Assembly (NCBI GenBank): GCA_965277185.1
Contig: CBDICC010000044.1
Span: 175,360 to 239,359, forward strand
Reading direction: 5' to 3'
From: Cytophagales bacterium
GTDB taxonomy: Bacteria; Bacteroidota; Bacteroidia; Cytophagales; JAHDFW01
Length of the DNA: 64,000 nucleotides
Made by a program: the position numbers and the translations under genes. A model generated the notes under the pieces. It had not been told where the DNA came from. It did not search any database and saw only the letters and a list, made by a program, of their open reading frames with translations. Positions 9,981 through 19,895 of the stretch are shown here, one piece after another (positions within the stretch are counted from its first letter, which is position 1; every line of letters starts with the position of its first letter).

Positions 9981-12221
9981 TTATCGAATAACCATAAAAG
10001 AACCTTTATGTGGACTAAGAGGATCTCCATCTACGATTAAATGGTAAAAATAGGTGCCTTCCGGAACTGTTTCAGCATTCCAACCATTCGTGTTTTGGTA
10101 GTTTTCAGTTCGGTATAGTTCTGAGCCCCATCGATTAAAAATGATTAATTCATTGTTACCAAATAAATGGAGTCGATCAATCATTAATGTTGGATTTTGA
10201 TCGTCGTTATTCGCAGTAATCACATCGTATACATGGGGAGAAATTCGATCGATTACATTAAAAGGGATCGAATAATTTACGGCACATGCATTTTGTTCTG
10301 CAACGAGACGTAATGTCATAATATAACTACCTGAGTCTTCTATTAGGGTGTCTAGTTTGTCAAATTCGGATACAATCTCATTGCTGTTTAAAATCCACTG
10401 AATTGATTGGGAATTGATTGCGTTGCTTGTAAACTGAAGCGTCGTTCCTTCTTGATAAATACCATTAATGGTTTTGTCGCTGAAAATATGATCTCCTTCA
10501 AAATTTAATTCTGGTGAAGCGGATGGTTTCTTAAATCCAATTATGTCCATTACGTCAGGACCTGATTCACATCCATGTTCATCGGTAACTCGTACTAATA
10601 CGCTATTGGGCAAGATATCATTTTGTTTTACAAAATATGCTACTGAGGATGAGTTCGAATCTAAACTATCCAGATTAGCGAGGGTTAACCACCAAGTATA
10701 GGTGAAATTTGAATCTGTTCCTCCCATGGCTTCAGCCATAATATTCAGTGTATCATTTAAGCAAATTATAGTGTCTTCCGGCAATGATACAATCGGAAGT
10801 GGTCTGATTTTTACGTGCAGAGGAAGCTCTAGATAACATCCGGAAGAATCGGTGACTCTACCTAAATAATCAGTGGAAGAAATGGGGCTTGCGCTAGTAC
10901 ATGAAGTGTTTAGGCTGGTCAAACTATCTGAAGGAACCCAAGAATAACTGTAAGGAATATTGCCTCCAGTACCCTCGATGCATAGGGTGGATGATTGGCC
11001 CATACATAAACTTACGGTGTCGTTTTGACTGTTGGGACTCTGATTTACAATTCCTAAATCAGTAGGAATGATTTGAATAGTGTCGGATGATAGAAAACAT
11101 GAAATCGAGTCCGAGATTTCCAAGATGAATTTAGTGTCTATATTTACTTGTACTTTTGGATTAGAGACATTTGAAACCAAAGTTTTAGGGCTAAGTTGAT
11201 ACCATGATAATTGGTAATTTGGAGTTCCTCCTGAAACAGAGGATATAAGATTGATCGAATCGGAAGCGCAAATAGTACTGTCTGTAAAAGATAAGTTGGC
11301 ATTTATGGGCGCCGTCATTTCGACTTGAAAGCTGATGGAATCAGAACAAGCTGCTGCTGTGGTGTCGGAAACGGTGAGTTTATAATTTCGGATACCGACG
11401 TTATTGATAATTGCAATGGGATTGATTGAGTTTGTTGTGTTAAAATCACTAATATCTCCGGACCAAACATGATTGTAAATGGAGTTAGTATTAGAAACGA
11501 TCGAATTAATTTGAAGAGAGTCACCGGCACATAGCGTTGTATCGGCATTAGAAGTAAGGATGGGATTGGGTTGAATAAATACGTTCACACTATCTCTAGT
11601 GCAACAGCCATCAGAAACCCCGGTAAAAATCCAATCTCCTGCCCGACATCCATGTACTTCATATGTGCCTGAAATAGCAACTGTTAGTGTATCGCTCACT
11701 ACATTACTAGGTAGCCATTTCATGCTGAAGGAACCAATTGTATTTAAACTAAATAATTGAATGCTATCCCCAGTACAACCATGACGATCTGAACCCAAAT
11801 CTACGGATGCAGGATTGGTGAAGATCATATTTTCGTATCGGCCTTTAATCGGAAACGTAATGTCCGTTCCAGCAGAATCACAGATTAAAAATAGCGAGCG
11901 TAAAAGAAAAAGACCTCCAGAGATTTGAAGCGTATCTCCGTTCCCTCCGCCTGAAGCTGGGTTTGTCACAGATAAGATTGTTCCGCCTATGTTTAGGATG
12001 GGATTAATTAAACCTGCTGGAGGCGGGTCCGAATGCCATCTAAAGTTTGAATAGTCGGATGGTGCAATAATTTGAAGATCTTCATCGGTGCAAATCGTTA
12101 CATCTAGCGTATCTGAAGAGGATAGCCCGGACATGTTATAATAGATCGTGGCACTTGCATTACGCGAAATGAACGCGATTGCAACCAAGATCAGAATACG
12201 TTTGTAAAAATGAATATTCAT
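9981..12221 (-). CDS. Paralogous secreted protein with T9SS type B CTD
   Basis: Colinear with 7503-9731 (shared YNMxGLxSSDTL, DPPPxGLINP, DTTAAACSDS, GDPLSPHKGSFM). Has a signal peptide. Confidence 0.88.
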   Translation of the reverse strand: MNIHFYKRILILVAIAFISRNASATIYYNMSGLSSSDTLDVTICTDEDLQIIAPSDYSNFRWHSDPPPAGLINPILNIGGTILSVTNPASGGGNGDTLQISGGLFLLRSLFLICDSAGTDITFPIKGRYENMIFTNPASVDLGSDRHGCTGDSIQLFSLNTIGSFSMKWLPSNVVSDTLTVAISGTYEVHGCRAGDWIFTGVSDGCCTRDSVNVFIQPNPILTSNADTTLCAGDSLQINSIVSNTNSIYNHVWSGDISDFNTTNSINPIAIINNVGIRNYKLTVSDTTAAACSDSISFQVEMTAPINANLSFTDSTICASDSINLISSVSGGTPNYQLSWYQLSPKTLVSNVSNPKVQVNIDTKFILEISDSISCFLSSDTIQIIPTDLGIVNQSPNSQNDTVSLCMGQSSTLCIEGTGGNIPYSYSWVPSDSLTSLNTSCTSASPISSTDYLGRVTDSSGCYLELPLHVKIRPLPIVSLPEDTIICLNDTLNIMAEAMGGTDSNFTYTWWLTLANLDSLDSNSSSVAYFVKQNDILPNSVLVRVTDEHGCESGPDVMDIIGFKKPSASPELNFEGDHIFSDKTINGIYQEGTTLQFTSNAINSQSIQWILNSNEIVSEFDKLDTLIEDSGSYIMTLRLVAEQNACAVNYSIPFNVIDRISPHVYDVITANNDDQNPTLMIDRLHLFGNNELIIFNRWGSELYRTENYQNTNGWNAETVPEGTYFYHLIVDGDPLSPHKGSFMVIR

Positions 12222-12260
12222 ACGGTCCTGTTGAGCATTTACAACAGTATACGTAGGTCA

Positions 12261-13700
12261 TTACATTTTGATACAAATATTTTTCGGTTCGGTGAAAAAC
12301 TCGAGTGCTTCAAATCCACCTTCTCGACCCACACCTGATTGCTTAACCCCTCCAAATGGAGTTCGTAAATCACGTAGCAGCCAGCAGTTAATCCATACAA
12401 TTCCGCTTTTTAAATCATGCCCAATGCGGTGTGCTTTTTTTAGGTTGGAGGTCCAAACAGTAGCCGCCAATCCGTACGCTGTAGAGTTAGCCATCATTAA
12501 AACTTCTTCTTCTGTTTCAAAAGGCATTATGGTTACGACAGGACCAAAGATTTCTTCCTGATTGGTCCGACAATCAAAAGCAAGTCCTTCTATTATTGTA
12601 GGTTGAATAAAGTATCCATTAGCGCATCTCCCTTCTGGCTGAACCATTTCTCCTCCTGCCAAAACGGTTCCTCCTTCTTCTCTTCCTAATTGAATGTAGG
12701 ACAATACTTTGTCGCGATGATCTTTGGAAACCACGGCACCTAGATTTACATCAGTTAATGGGTCTCCTACTTTAAGTTTCTTTACTTTTTCCACAAAAGC
12801 ATCACGGAATTTTTCATAAATACCTCGCTGCACAAAAATACGAGAACCGCATAAGCAAATTTGTCCTTGATTGGTAAAAGAAGAACGTACAGTTGTATCC
12901 AGTGCGTCCTCAAAATCGCAATCATCAAAGACGATGTTTGGATTTTTTCCTCCTAATTCCAATGAAAGTTTTTTAAACATTGGCGCAGCTGTGGCAGCTA
13001 AATGTTTTCCAGTTGCCGTTCCACCTGTAAAGGAGATAATAGGTACATCTTCATGTTCCACAATTGCTTGTCCTACTTTCGGTCCTAAGCCATGTACTAT
13101 GTTTAAAACGCCTGGGGGAAGTCCGGCTTCAATGCAAATTTCAGAAAGTAAAAATGCCGTCATCGGTGTTACTTCTGATGGTTTAGCAACTACGCAATTT
13201 CCAGCCGCTAAAGCCGGCGCTATTTTCCAACTAAACAAATATAGAGGAAGATTCCATGGAGAAATACATCCGGCTACCCCGACCGGTTCACGTAAAGTAT
13301 AATTGATGGCAGTATCTTCCATATAATGCGCATTAGACGCAAAATGCAGGATTCCGGTGCCATAAAATCTAAAATTTGCAGACGCCCTGGGAATATCCAC
13401 TTTTGTGGCTAATTTTAAAGGCTTTCCATTATCAGTAGACTCGGCAAGAGCCAAACGATCCAAGTTTTCTTCAATTAAATCGGCGATTCGACAAAGAATC
13501 CGGGAACGTTTTTCAGCCAACATTCCGCTCCATCCTTTAAATGCCTTTTTAGCTGCTTCAACTGCAAGTTGTACATCTTCTTGATCTGAATCAGGAATCT
13601 GAGCGTATACTTCTCCAATAGCAGGATTGAAATTATCAAGATACTTTTTAGAAGTAGGTTCGATTAACTTTCCGTCAATGTAATTGTGAATGATTTGCAT
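12261..13700 (-). CDS. Aldehyde dehydrogenase, 2-aminomuconic/2-hydroxymuconic semialdehyde dehydrogenase (ALDH8-like)
   Basis: ISPWNLPLYL, LELGGKNP, catalytic NQGQICLCGSR, EEIFGPV and WLLRDLRTPFGG motifs. Confidence 0.88.
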   Translation of the reverse strand: MQIIHNYIDGKLIEPTSKKYLDNFNPAIGEVYAQIPDSDQEDVQLAVEAAKKAFKGWSGMLAEKRSRILCRIADLIEENLDRLALAESTDNGKPLKLATKVDIPRASANFRFYGTGILHFASNAHYMEDTAINYTLREPVGVAGCISPWNLPLYLFSWKIAPALAAGNCVVAKPSEVTPMTAFLLSEICIEAGLPPGVLNIVHGLGPKVGQAIVEHEDVPIISFTGGTATGKHLAATAAPMFKKLSLELGGKNPNIVFDDCDFEDALDTTVRSSFTNQGQICLCGSRIFVQRGIYEKFRDAFVEKVKKLKVGDPLTDVNLGAVVSKDHRDKVLSYIQLGREEGGTVLAGGEMVQPEGRCANGYFIQPTIIEGLAFDCRTNQEEIFGPVVTIMPFETEEEVLMMANSTAYGLAATVWTSNLKKAHRIGHDLKSGIVWINCWLLRDLRTPFGGVKQSGVGREGGFEALEFFTEPKNICIKM

Positions 13701-13704
13701 GGTA

Positions 13705-13712
13705 CAAAACTA
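13705..13712 (-). promoter_or_regulatory. -7 promoter element directly upstream of the ALDH start codon
   Basis: TAGTTTTG-TACC-ATG on the minus strand. Confidence 0.5.
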
Positions 13713-13820
13713 AAAAGTATTCTCGATTTTTTATCCCAAAAGAGGTGTATAAATTAAATTATTGATTCGTTGCTATATGAGCTGTTAAGAAAATTTAAAT
13801 TTAGTTGATTGATCGGGTTA

Positions 13821-13853
13821 ATACGAATAATCTAAAACTATATACGAATAATC
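13821..13853. repeat. Perfect 12-bp direct repeat with 21-bp period in a divergent promoter region
   Basis: atacgaataatc at 13821 and 13842. Confidence 0.7.
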
Positions 13854-14035
13854 GACCTAATAGTACATTTAATAAATAGGAAGGTCTGTTCTGATTTTTA
13901 GACTTAATTTCACCACTGCAAAAGATGGCAGAACATGACTTTTGAAACATTTAATTGGATAAATTTTCTTTTTCATCAGATGTTCTTACATTTAAATGCT
14001 TAATTTTTAATTACGTAAACCAAACCTCGCTCATT

Positions 14036-17000
14036 ATGTCTGATCCGGCAATCAAAAAAACGACAAAAGTATTAATTCTTCTGGCTGCACTGGCAATTGC
14101 CACTGTAGTCGTATCCATTTTCGTAATGAAAAGTGATAAAAGGACGGATGGACCTGTAGAAATTAATCCCGCTTTTGGGAATTATGTATCTGCGTTTACC
14201 TCTGGAATTATTTCTTCTGAATCGAAAGTTAGAATTCGATTAACCGAAGACGTAAAGACGGATTTTAATCCGGATGAGGCAATAGATTTGGATTTATTTG
14301 ATTTCGAACCTTCCCTTAAAGGAGAAGCATATTGGATTGATGCAAAAACGATTGAATTTAGACCAGAAGAGAATATGAAATCTGGAGAAATTTATAATGT
14401 TGAGTTTGGATTAGGGAAGGTCACAGAGGTTTCGAAGGAATTAAGAAAATTCCCATTTCAATTTCAAATTATCAGACAGTCTTTTGAAGTTAATTTTTCC
14501 GGGGTAAAAACGTATGAGAAAAAGGATCTTTCTAGACAAAAAATTCTTGGAAATGTTGTGTCCGCAGATGTGATTGGAGAAGAAATTGAGAAAGTACTTT
14601 CTGCGAAACAAGATGGGAAGGATTTAACCTTAAACTGGAGTCATAGTTCGGATCGGAAAAACCACGATTTTACAGTAGAAGAAGTTGCAAGAGGTGGAGA
14701 ATCGAGTGAGGTTTTACTAAAATGGAATGGAGAACCGCTTGGAATTGATCTAAGTGGAGCCGATACGGTAGAGATTCCGTCTTTAAGTGATTTTAAAGTA
14801 ATTCAAACCAAAGTAATTCAACAACCAGATCAGTATATATCTATTGTTTTTTCAGATCCTTTACAAGAAAAACAAAACCTAAATGGATTGATTCGAATAG
14901 GAGGTGGTTCTTCACTGAAGTTTACGGTAGAAGGAAATGAAGTGAAAGCTTATCCATCTTCAAGGCAAGGAGGAACCCGAACATTGTATGTGGATCAGGG
15001 TGTTCGAAATGTACTTGGGTATAAAATGAAGGAAGGTTTAGAAACTCAGCTCGTTTTTGAAAACATTAAGCCTAAAATTGAATTGCTTGGTACTGGTGTA
15101 ATTTTACCAAATACGGAAGATGGATTATTGATGCCGTTTAAAGCCGTAAACATTCGTGCAGTACGAGTTAAAATTGTAAAAATATTTGAAAGTAATGTAG
15201 CCCAGTTTCTTCAGGTAAACCGGTTGGGTGGTGAGCAAGAAATAAAGCGTGTTGGACGAGTGGTGTTTAACCAGAAAATAGCATTGACTAGCACAAAGAC
15301 AATTGATTATGGAAGATGGAATAATTTTTCGCTCGATTTGTCTGAATACATAAATGCGGAACCGGGAGCGATTTATAAAGTGTTTTTATCCTTCAAAAAA
15401 TCAGAATCTATTTATCCGTGTGCAGAGGATGAGGGTGGTGACGGCAATATGGAAGAGGTAGAAGAGGATTGGGATGAGTCGGAATCTCAAGATGAAAGTT
15501 ATTGGGGAAGCTATGAAGATTATTATTACTACGATGATTATAGTTGGAGCGAACGCGAAAACCCTTGTCATAATACTTATTATTATGGGAAGAATACCAC
15601 TGTTTCACGAAACGTACTTGCATCGGATATAGGTATCATTGCTAAAAGAGGGAACAACAAAGAAATGTGGTTTGCCGTAAGTGATTTGCGCACAACTCTA
15701 CCAATGGCAAATGTAGAATTGGAAGTATTGAACTATCAGCAACAAGTGATCAATTCCGTAAAAACAGATGCAAGTGGGATTGCAAAAATACCGGTTAAAA
15801 GTAAGCCGTATTTATTAGTTGCTAAAAGTGGAAAACAGCGTGGATATTTGAAATTAGATGATGGTTCGTCGCTGTCACTAAGTAAGTTTGATGTTTCAGG
15901 AAAGGTAGTGCAGAAAGGAATTAAAGGCTTTTTATACGGAGAAAGAGGTGTGTGGCGTCCAGGAGATTCGTTGTATTTAGCATTTATTTTAGAAGATAAG
16001 GCAGGAGCTTTACCAACGAATCACCCAGTGAATTTTGAACTTAAAAATCCACAAGGACAGGTGATTGAACAAAAGACCCTTACCAAAGGAGTAGGAGGAT
16101 TTTACAACTTTAGCACGGCAACTTCTTCTGACGCACCAACAGGAAATTGGAATGCTTCTATTAAAGTAGGAGGAGCCACATTCAGTAAGATAATCAAGAT
16201 TGAAACAGTAAAACCAAACCGATTAAAAATCAAGTTGGATTTTGGGGTGGAGAAACTTTCTGTAGAGAAGAAGGATGTAAAAGGAGTGATGGAAGTGAAG
16301 TGGTTGCATGGAGCCATAGCGAAAAACTTAAGATCGACCATTTATGCCACATTAAGTCCAATGTCTACCAGCTTTAAGCGCTATAAGGATTACACGTTTG
16401 ATGATCCATCAAGAAGTTTCTATCCAGAGGATATTGACGTATTTGATGGAAGTGTGGATGAAGCTGGAAAAGCGGATATTTATGCAGACTTGGAAGTATC
16501 GAATCAATCGCCGGGAATGTTAAGAGCGAAGTTTGATGTGAAAGTGTTTGAAGAAAGTGGTGATTTTAGTATTGATCAGTTCTCAATTCCTTATGCACCA
16601 TACGAATCTTTTGTAGGGATTAAATTGCCAAAAGGAGATAAAACAAGGAACATGCTGCTTACCGATAAGGATCATGCGGTCGAAGTTGTTACAGTGGATC
16701 CAGAGGGGAATCCGGTAGCACGAAAGAACTTGAAAGCGTTCTTATATAAAGTACGTTGGAGATGGTGGTGGGAAACTTCCGCAAACAACGATTTGTCTAA
16801 TTACAATGGGAGTTCTTATAATGAATTACTTCAGGAGAGCACTTTTTCTACAAATAGCAAAGGAGAAGGAACCTTTAATATTAAAGTAGAGTATCCAGAT
16901 TGGGGGAGATATCTTGTGAAAGTAGAAGATCCAAATAGTGGTCATGCTACAGGTAGGACATGTTATATCGATTGGCCAGGATGGGCAGGAAGACCAGTAA

Positions 17001-19639
17001 AAGATAATCCGGGCGGAGCATCGATGTTGAATTTTGAGCCGGACAAGAAATCTTATACCGTAGGTGAAAAGGCGACTATTGAAATTCCTTCAGGATCAGA
17101 AGGGAGAGCATTGGTGAGTATCGAATCAGGATCAAAAGTGATTCAAGCAGAATGGGTAGAAATTACACAGGGTAAGAAATTGCACACATTTGAGATTACC
17201 AAAGACATGGCGCCGAACTGCTATGTAAATATCACATTGGTTCAGCCGCACAACCAGACTAAGAATGATCATCCGATTCGATTGTATGGGGTTCGACCAA
17301 TTAAAGTAGAAGATCCTGAAACACACATCACACCGGTTTTAGAAATGCCGAATGTATTGGCACCAGAGAAATCAGTGACAATTAAAGTCAGTGAGAAAGA
17401 TGGAAAACCTATGACTTACACGATCGCAATGGTGGACGAAGGGTTATTGGATTTGACTCGATTTAGAACACCTCAACCTTGGAATACTTTTTATGCACGT
17501 GAAGCATTGGGAGTAAAGACGTGGGATATGTATGATGATGTGATGGGTGCTTTCAGTGGAGAAATGGCTGCATTGCTTAAAGTAGGTGGTGATGGAGAAT
17601 ATGGAGATAAAGATAAAGGCAGCAAAGCGAATCGATTCAAACCGATGGTAAAATTCTTTGGTCCGTATGAGTTGGGTGTAGGCGATTCAAAAACAATAAC
17701 GTTCAATATGCCAAAATACATTGGTTCTGTTCGAACGATGGTAATCGCAGGAAGCAAGGGCGCATATGGTTCCGCAGAAAAAACAACAGCTGTTAAACAA
17801 CCGTTAATGGTGTTAGCAACACTGCCTAGAGTAGTTGGTCCGGGGGAGCAAGTCAAATTGCCAGTTACCGTATTTGCAATGGATGATAAGGTGAAGAATG
17901 TGACCGTTACGGTTAAGCCAAATGAATTTTTGAACCTTGTTGGAGGCAAGTCTAAAACACTTACTTTTTCCGAGCAAGGAGATGAAACGATCAACTTTGA
18001 TATTTCGGTTGCGGAGAAATTGGGAGTAGGAAAGGTGACCATTATTGCTAAAAGTGGTAAACACACCGCAAGCTATGACATCGAATTGGATGTTCGTAAT
18101 CCAAATCCACCGATCGTAACTGTTGTAGATACGATTATTGAATCGGGTCAAACTTGGAATGGAAACTATGCGTTAGCGGGAATGAAAGGAACCAATGAAG
18201 TAAAACTAGAGGTATCCGCTATTCCGTCTATTAACCTAGATAGTAGATTAAAGTACTTGGTGCAATATCCACATGGGTGTATTGAGCAAACAACTTCTTC
18301 TGTTTTTCCTCAGTTGTATATGCCAGATTTATTGGATGTAAATGCAAAAATGACGGGCAGAATTAAGACGAATATTAAGGCTGGAATTAATCGATTGAAA
18401 CTCTTCCAAACAAATGAAGGAGGATTTGGATATTGGCCAGGAGATAACTCAGCGAGTGAATGGGGAAGCAATTATGCTGGACATTTTATGCTAGAAGCGA
18501 AAGGAAGAGGATATTCCGTGCCAAGTGGTATGTTGAAAAACTGGAAAAAATATCAGAAGAAGCGTGCCAAGAATTGGAGAAGAAATAGTTCAGGCTACAA
18601 TAGAGATGACTTTATGCAGGCATATCGATTGTACACACTTGCGTTGGCAAATAGTCCAGATTTAGCATCAATGAACCGATTGAGAGAGCAAAGGAGTCTT
18701 TCCGAAGCCGCAAAATGGAGGTTGGCAGCAGCATATCAATTGGCCGGACAAAAAGAAGTAGCCGAAGAATTGATGAATAAGTCGAGCAAAACAGTGAAAA
18801 AGTATCAGGAGTTATCCTATACATATGGTTCTACAGAGCGTGACATGGCAATGATTTTGGAAACGTTAACCTTAATGAATCGCAGGGCAGATGGAAAGGA
18901 TGTGTTAGTTAATATTTCTAAAGCATTGAGTTCTAAACAATGGATGAGTACACAAACTACTGCATATTGTTTATTGGCAGTTGGTAAATACGTTGGAAGT
19001 GATAATAAGGATAAAACAATTCAATTCAACTATTCCGTAAACGGTGGCGGTTCGACGAAAGTAAATACACAAGTGCCAATATCACAAAGTGATTTGCCGA
19101 TTAAGAACAAAAACAACGCAATCAAAATGAAGAACACCAGTGGAGGGCCTTTATTTGTCAAAGTGGTAAGTTCTGGGATTCCGTTAAAAGGAGAGGAAGA
19201 CAGCTATGAAAACGATCTTCGAATGATTGTGCGCTACAAGGATTTAAAAGGAAATACAATTGATCCAGCGCGCATCCAGCAAGGAACAGATTTCAAAGTA
19301 GAAGTTGAAATTAAAAACCCAGGGTACCGTGGAGAATATAAGGAAATGGCCCTTACACAGATTTTTCCTTCCGGTTGGGAAATAAGAAACATGCGATTAA
19401 ATGGAGGTGGATCATCACCTCATTTTAGAGATATCCCAACTTATCAAGATATTCGGGACGATCGTGTGATGAGTTATTTCAATTTGCGGAATGGATATAC
19501 TAAAACGTATGTAATTCTCTTGAACGCGACCTATGAAGGGAAGTACTATTTGCCTGCGGTAAGTTGTGAAGCTATGTACGATAATACAATTACCGCTCGT
19601 AAACAAGGAATGTGGGTGGAAGTAGTTCCACAGGAGTAA
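14036..19639 (+). CDS. Bacterial alpha-2-macroglobulin (MG2 domain protein)
   Basis: ERGVWRPGD MG2 motif, VDEGLLDLT, thioester motif YPHGCIEQ and C-terminal receptor-binding-type domain. Start moved to the ATG at 14036, just before the hydrophobic anchor. Confidence 0.95.
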   Translation: MSDPAIKKTTKVLILLAALAIATVVVSIFVMKSDKRTDGPVEINPAFGNYVSAFTSGIISSESKVRIRLTEDVKTDFNPDEAIDLDLFDFEPSLKGEAYWIDAKTIEFRPEENMKSGEIYNVEFGLGKVTEVSKELRKFPFQFQIIRQSFEVNFSGVKTYEKKDLSRQKILGNVVSADVIGEEIEKVLSAKQDGKDLTLNWSHSSDRKNHDFTVEEVARGGESSEVLLKWNGEPLGIDLSGADTVEIPSLSDFKVIQTKVIQQPDQYISIVFSDPLQEKQNLNGLIRIGGGSSLKFTVEGNEVKAYPSSRQGGTRTLYVDQGVRNVLGYKMKEGLETQLVFENIKPKIELLGTGVILPNTEDGLLMPFKAVNIRAVRVKIVKIFESNVAQFLQVNRLGGEQEIKRVGRVVFNQKIALTSTKTIDYGRWNNFSLDLSEYINAEPGAIYKVFLSFKKSESIYPCAEDEGGDGNMEEVEEDWDESESQDESYWGSYEDYYYYDDYSWSERENPCHNTYYYGKNTTVSRNVLASDIGIIAKRGNNKEMWFAVSDLRTTLPMANVELEVLNYQQQVINSVKTDASGIAKIPVKSKPYLLVAKSGKQRGYLKLDDGSSLSLSKFDVSGKVVQKGIKGFLYGERGVWRPGDSLYLAFILEDKAGALPTNHPVNFELKNPQGQVIEQKTLTKGVGGFYNFSTATSSDAPTGNWNASIKVGGATFSKIIKIETVKPNRLKIKLDFGVEKLSVEKKDVKGVMEVKWLHGAIAKNLRSTIYATLSPMSTSFKRYKDYTFDDPSRSFYPEDIDVFDGSVDEAGKADIYADLEVSNQSPGMLRAKFDVKVFEESGDFSIDQFSIPYAPYESFVGIKLPKGDKTRNMLLTDKDHAVEVVTVDPEGNPVARKNLKAFLYKVRWRWWWETSANNDLSNYNGSSYNELLQESTFSTNSKGEGTFNIKVEYPDWGRYLVKVEDPNSGHATGRTCYIDWPGWAGRPVKDNPGGASMLNFEPDKKSYTVGEKATIEIPSGSEGRALVSIESGSKVIQAEWVEITQGKKLHTFEITKDMAPNCYVNITLVQPHNQTKNDHPIRLYGVRPIKVEDPETHITPVLEMPNVLAPEKSVTIKVSEKDGKPMTYTIAMVDEGLLDLTRFRTPQPWNTFYAREALGVKTWDMYDDVMGAFSGEMAALLKVGGDGEYGDKDKGSKANRFKPMVKFFGPYELGVGDSKTITFNMPKYIGSVRTMVIAGSKGAYGSAEKTTAVKQPLMVLATLPRVVGPGEQVKLPVTVFAMDDKVKNVTVTVKPNEFLNLVGGKSKTLTFSEQGDETINFDISVAEKLGVGKVTIIAKSGKHTASYDIELDVRNPNPPIVTVVDTIIESGQTWNGNYALAGMKGTNEVKLEVSAIPSINLDSRLKYLVQYPHGCIEQTTSSVFPQLYMPDLLDVNAKMTGRIKTNIKAGINRLKLFQTNEGGFGYWPGDNSASEWGSNYAGHFMLEAKGRGYSVPSGMLKNWKKYQKKRAKNWRRNSSGYNRDDFMQAYRLYTLALANSPDLASMNRLREQRSLSEAAKWRLAAAYQLAGQKEVAEELMNKSSKTVKKYQELSYTYGSTERDMAMILETLTLMNRRADGKDVLVNISKALSSKQWMSTQTTAYCLLAVGKYVGSDNKDKTIQFNYSVNGGGSTKVNTQVPISQSDLPIKNKNNAIKMKNTSGGPLFVKVVSSGIPLKGEEDSYENDLRMIVRYKDLKGNTIDPARIQQGTDFKVEVEIKNPGYRGEYKEMALTQIFPSGWEIRNMRLNGGGSSPHFRDIPTYQDIRDDRVMSYFNLRNGYTKTYVILLNATYEGKYYLPAVSCEAMYDNTITARKQGMWVEVVPQE

Positions 19640-19691
19640 ATACCAATGAAATATGAGATTAATGAGTAAATCTTAAAATTATGAAATGAAG

Positions 19692-19739
19692 AAACCACGG
19701 CATTGAAGGTTCAAAATGAATCGGGATGCCGTGGTTTTT
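19692..19739 (+). terminator. Intrinsic terminator after A2M
   Basis: aaaccacggcat...atgccgtggttttt, with a long loop. Confidence 0.65.
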
Positions 19740-19895
19740 ACAAAGATCCAATTCAATAAAATCCCTTTTATATCCAACACATCTTTCCTAAATTTACCAG
19801 TAGTTGATGTGATATTTTGAATTTAGATAAACGAAACGAAACAAATTCAATTAACTCAACTCAATCTAGCGAAAAGTTAATAAAACTCATATTCT

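Noticed and set aside
15425-15590. Acidic, Tyr-rich low-complexity insert in A2M
   Set aside because: As I recall it is a common feature of Bacteroidota A2M proteins, and there is no DNA-level repeat.
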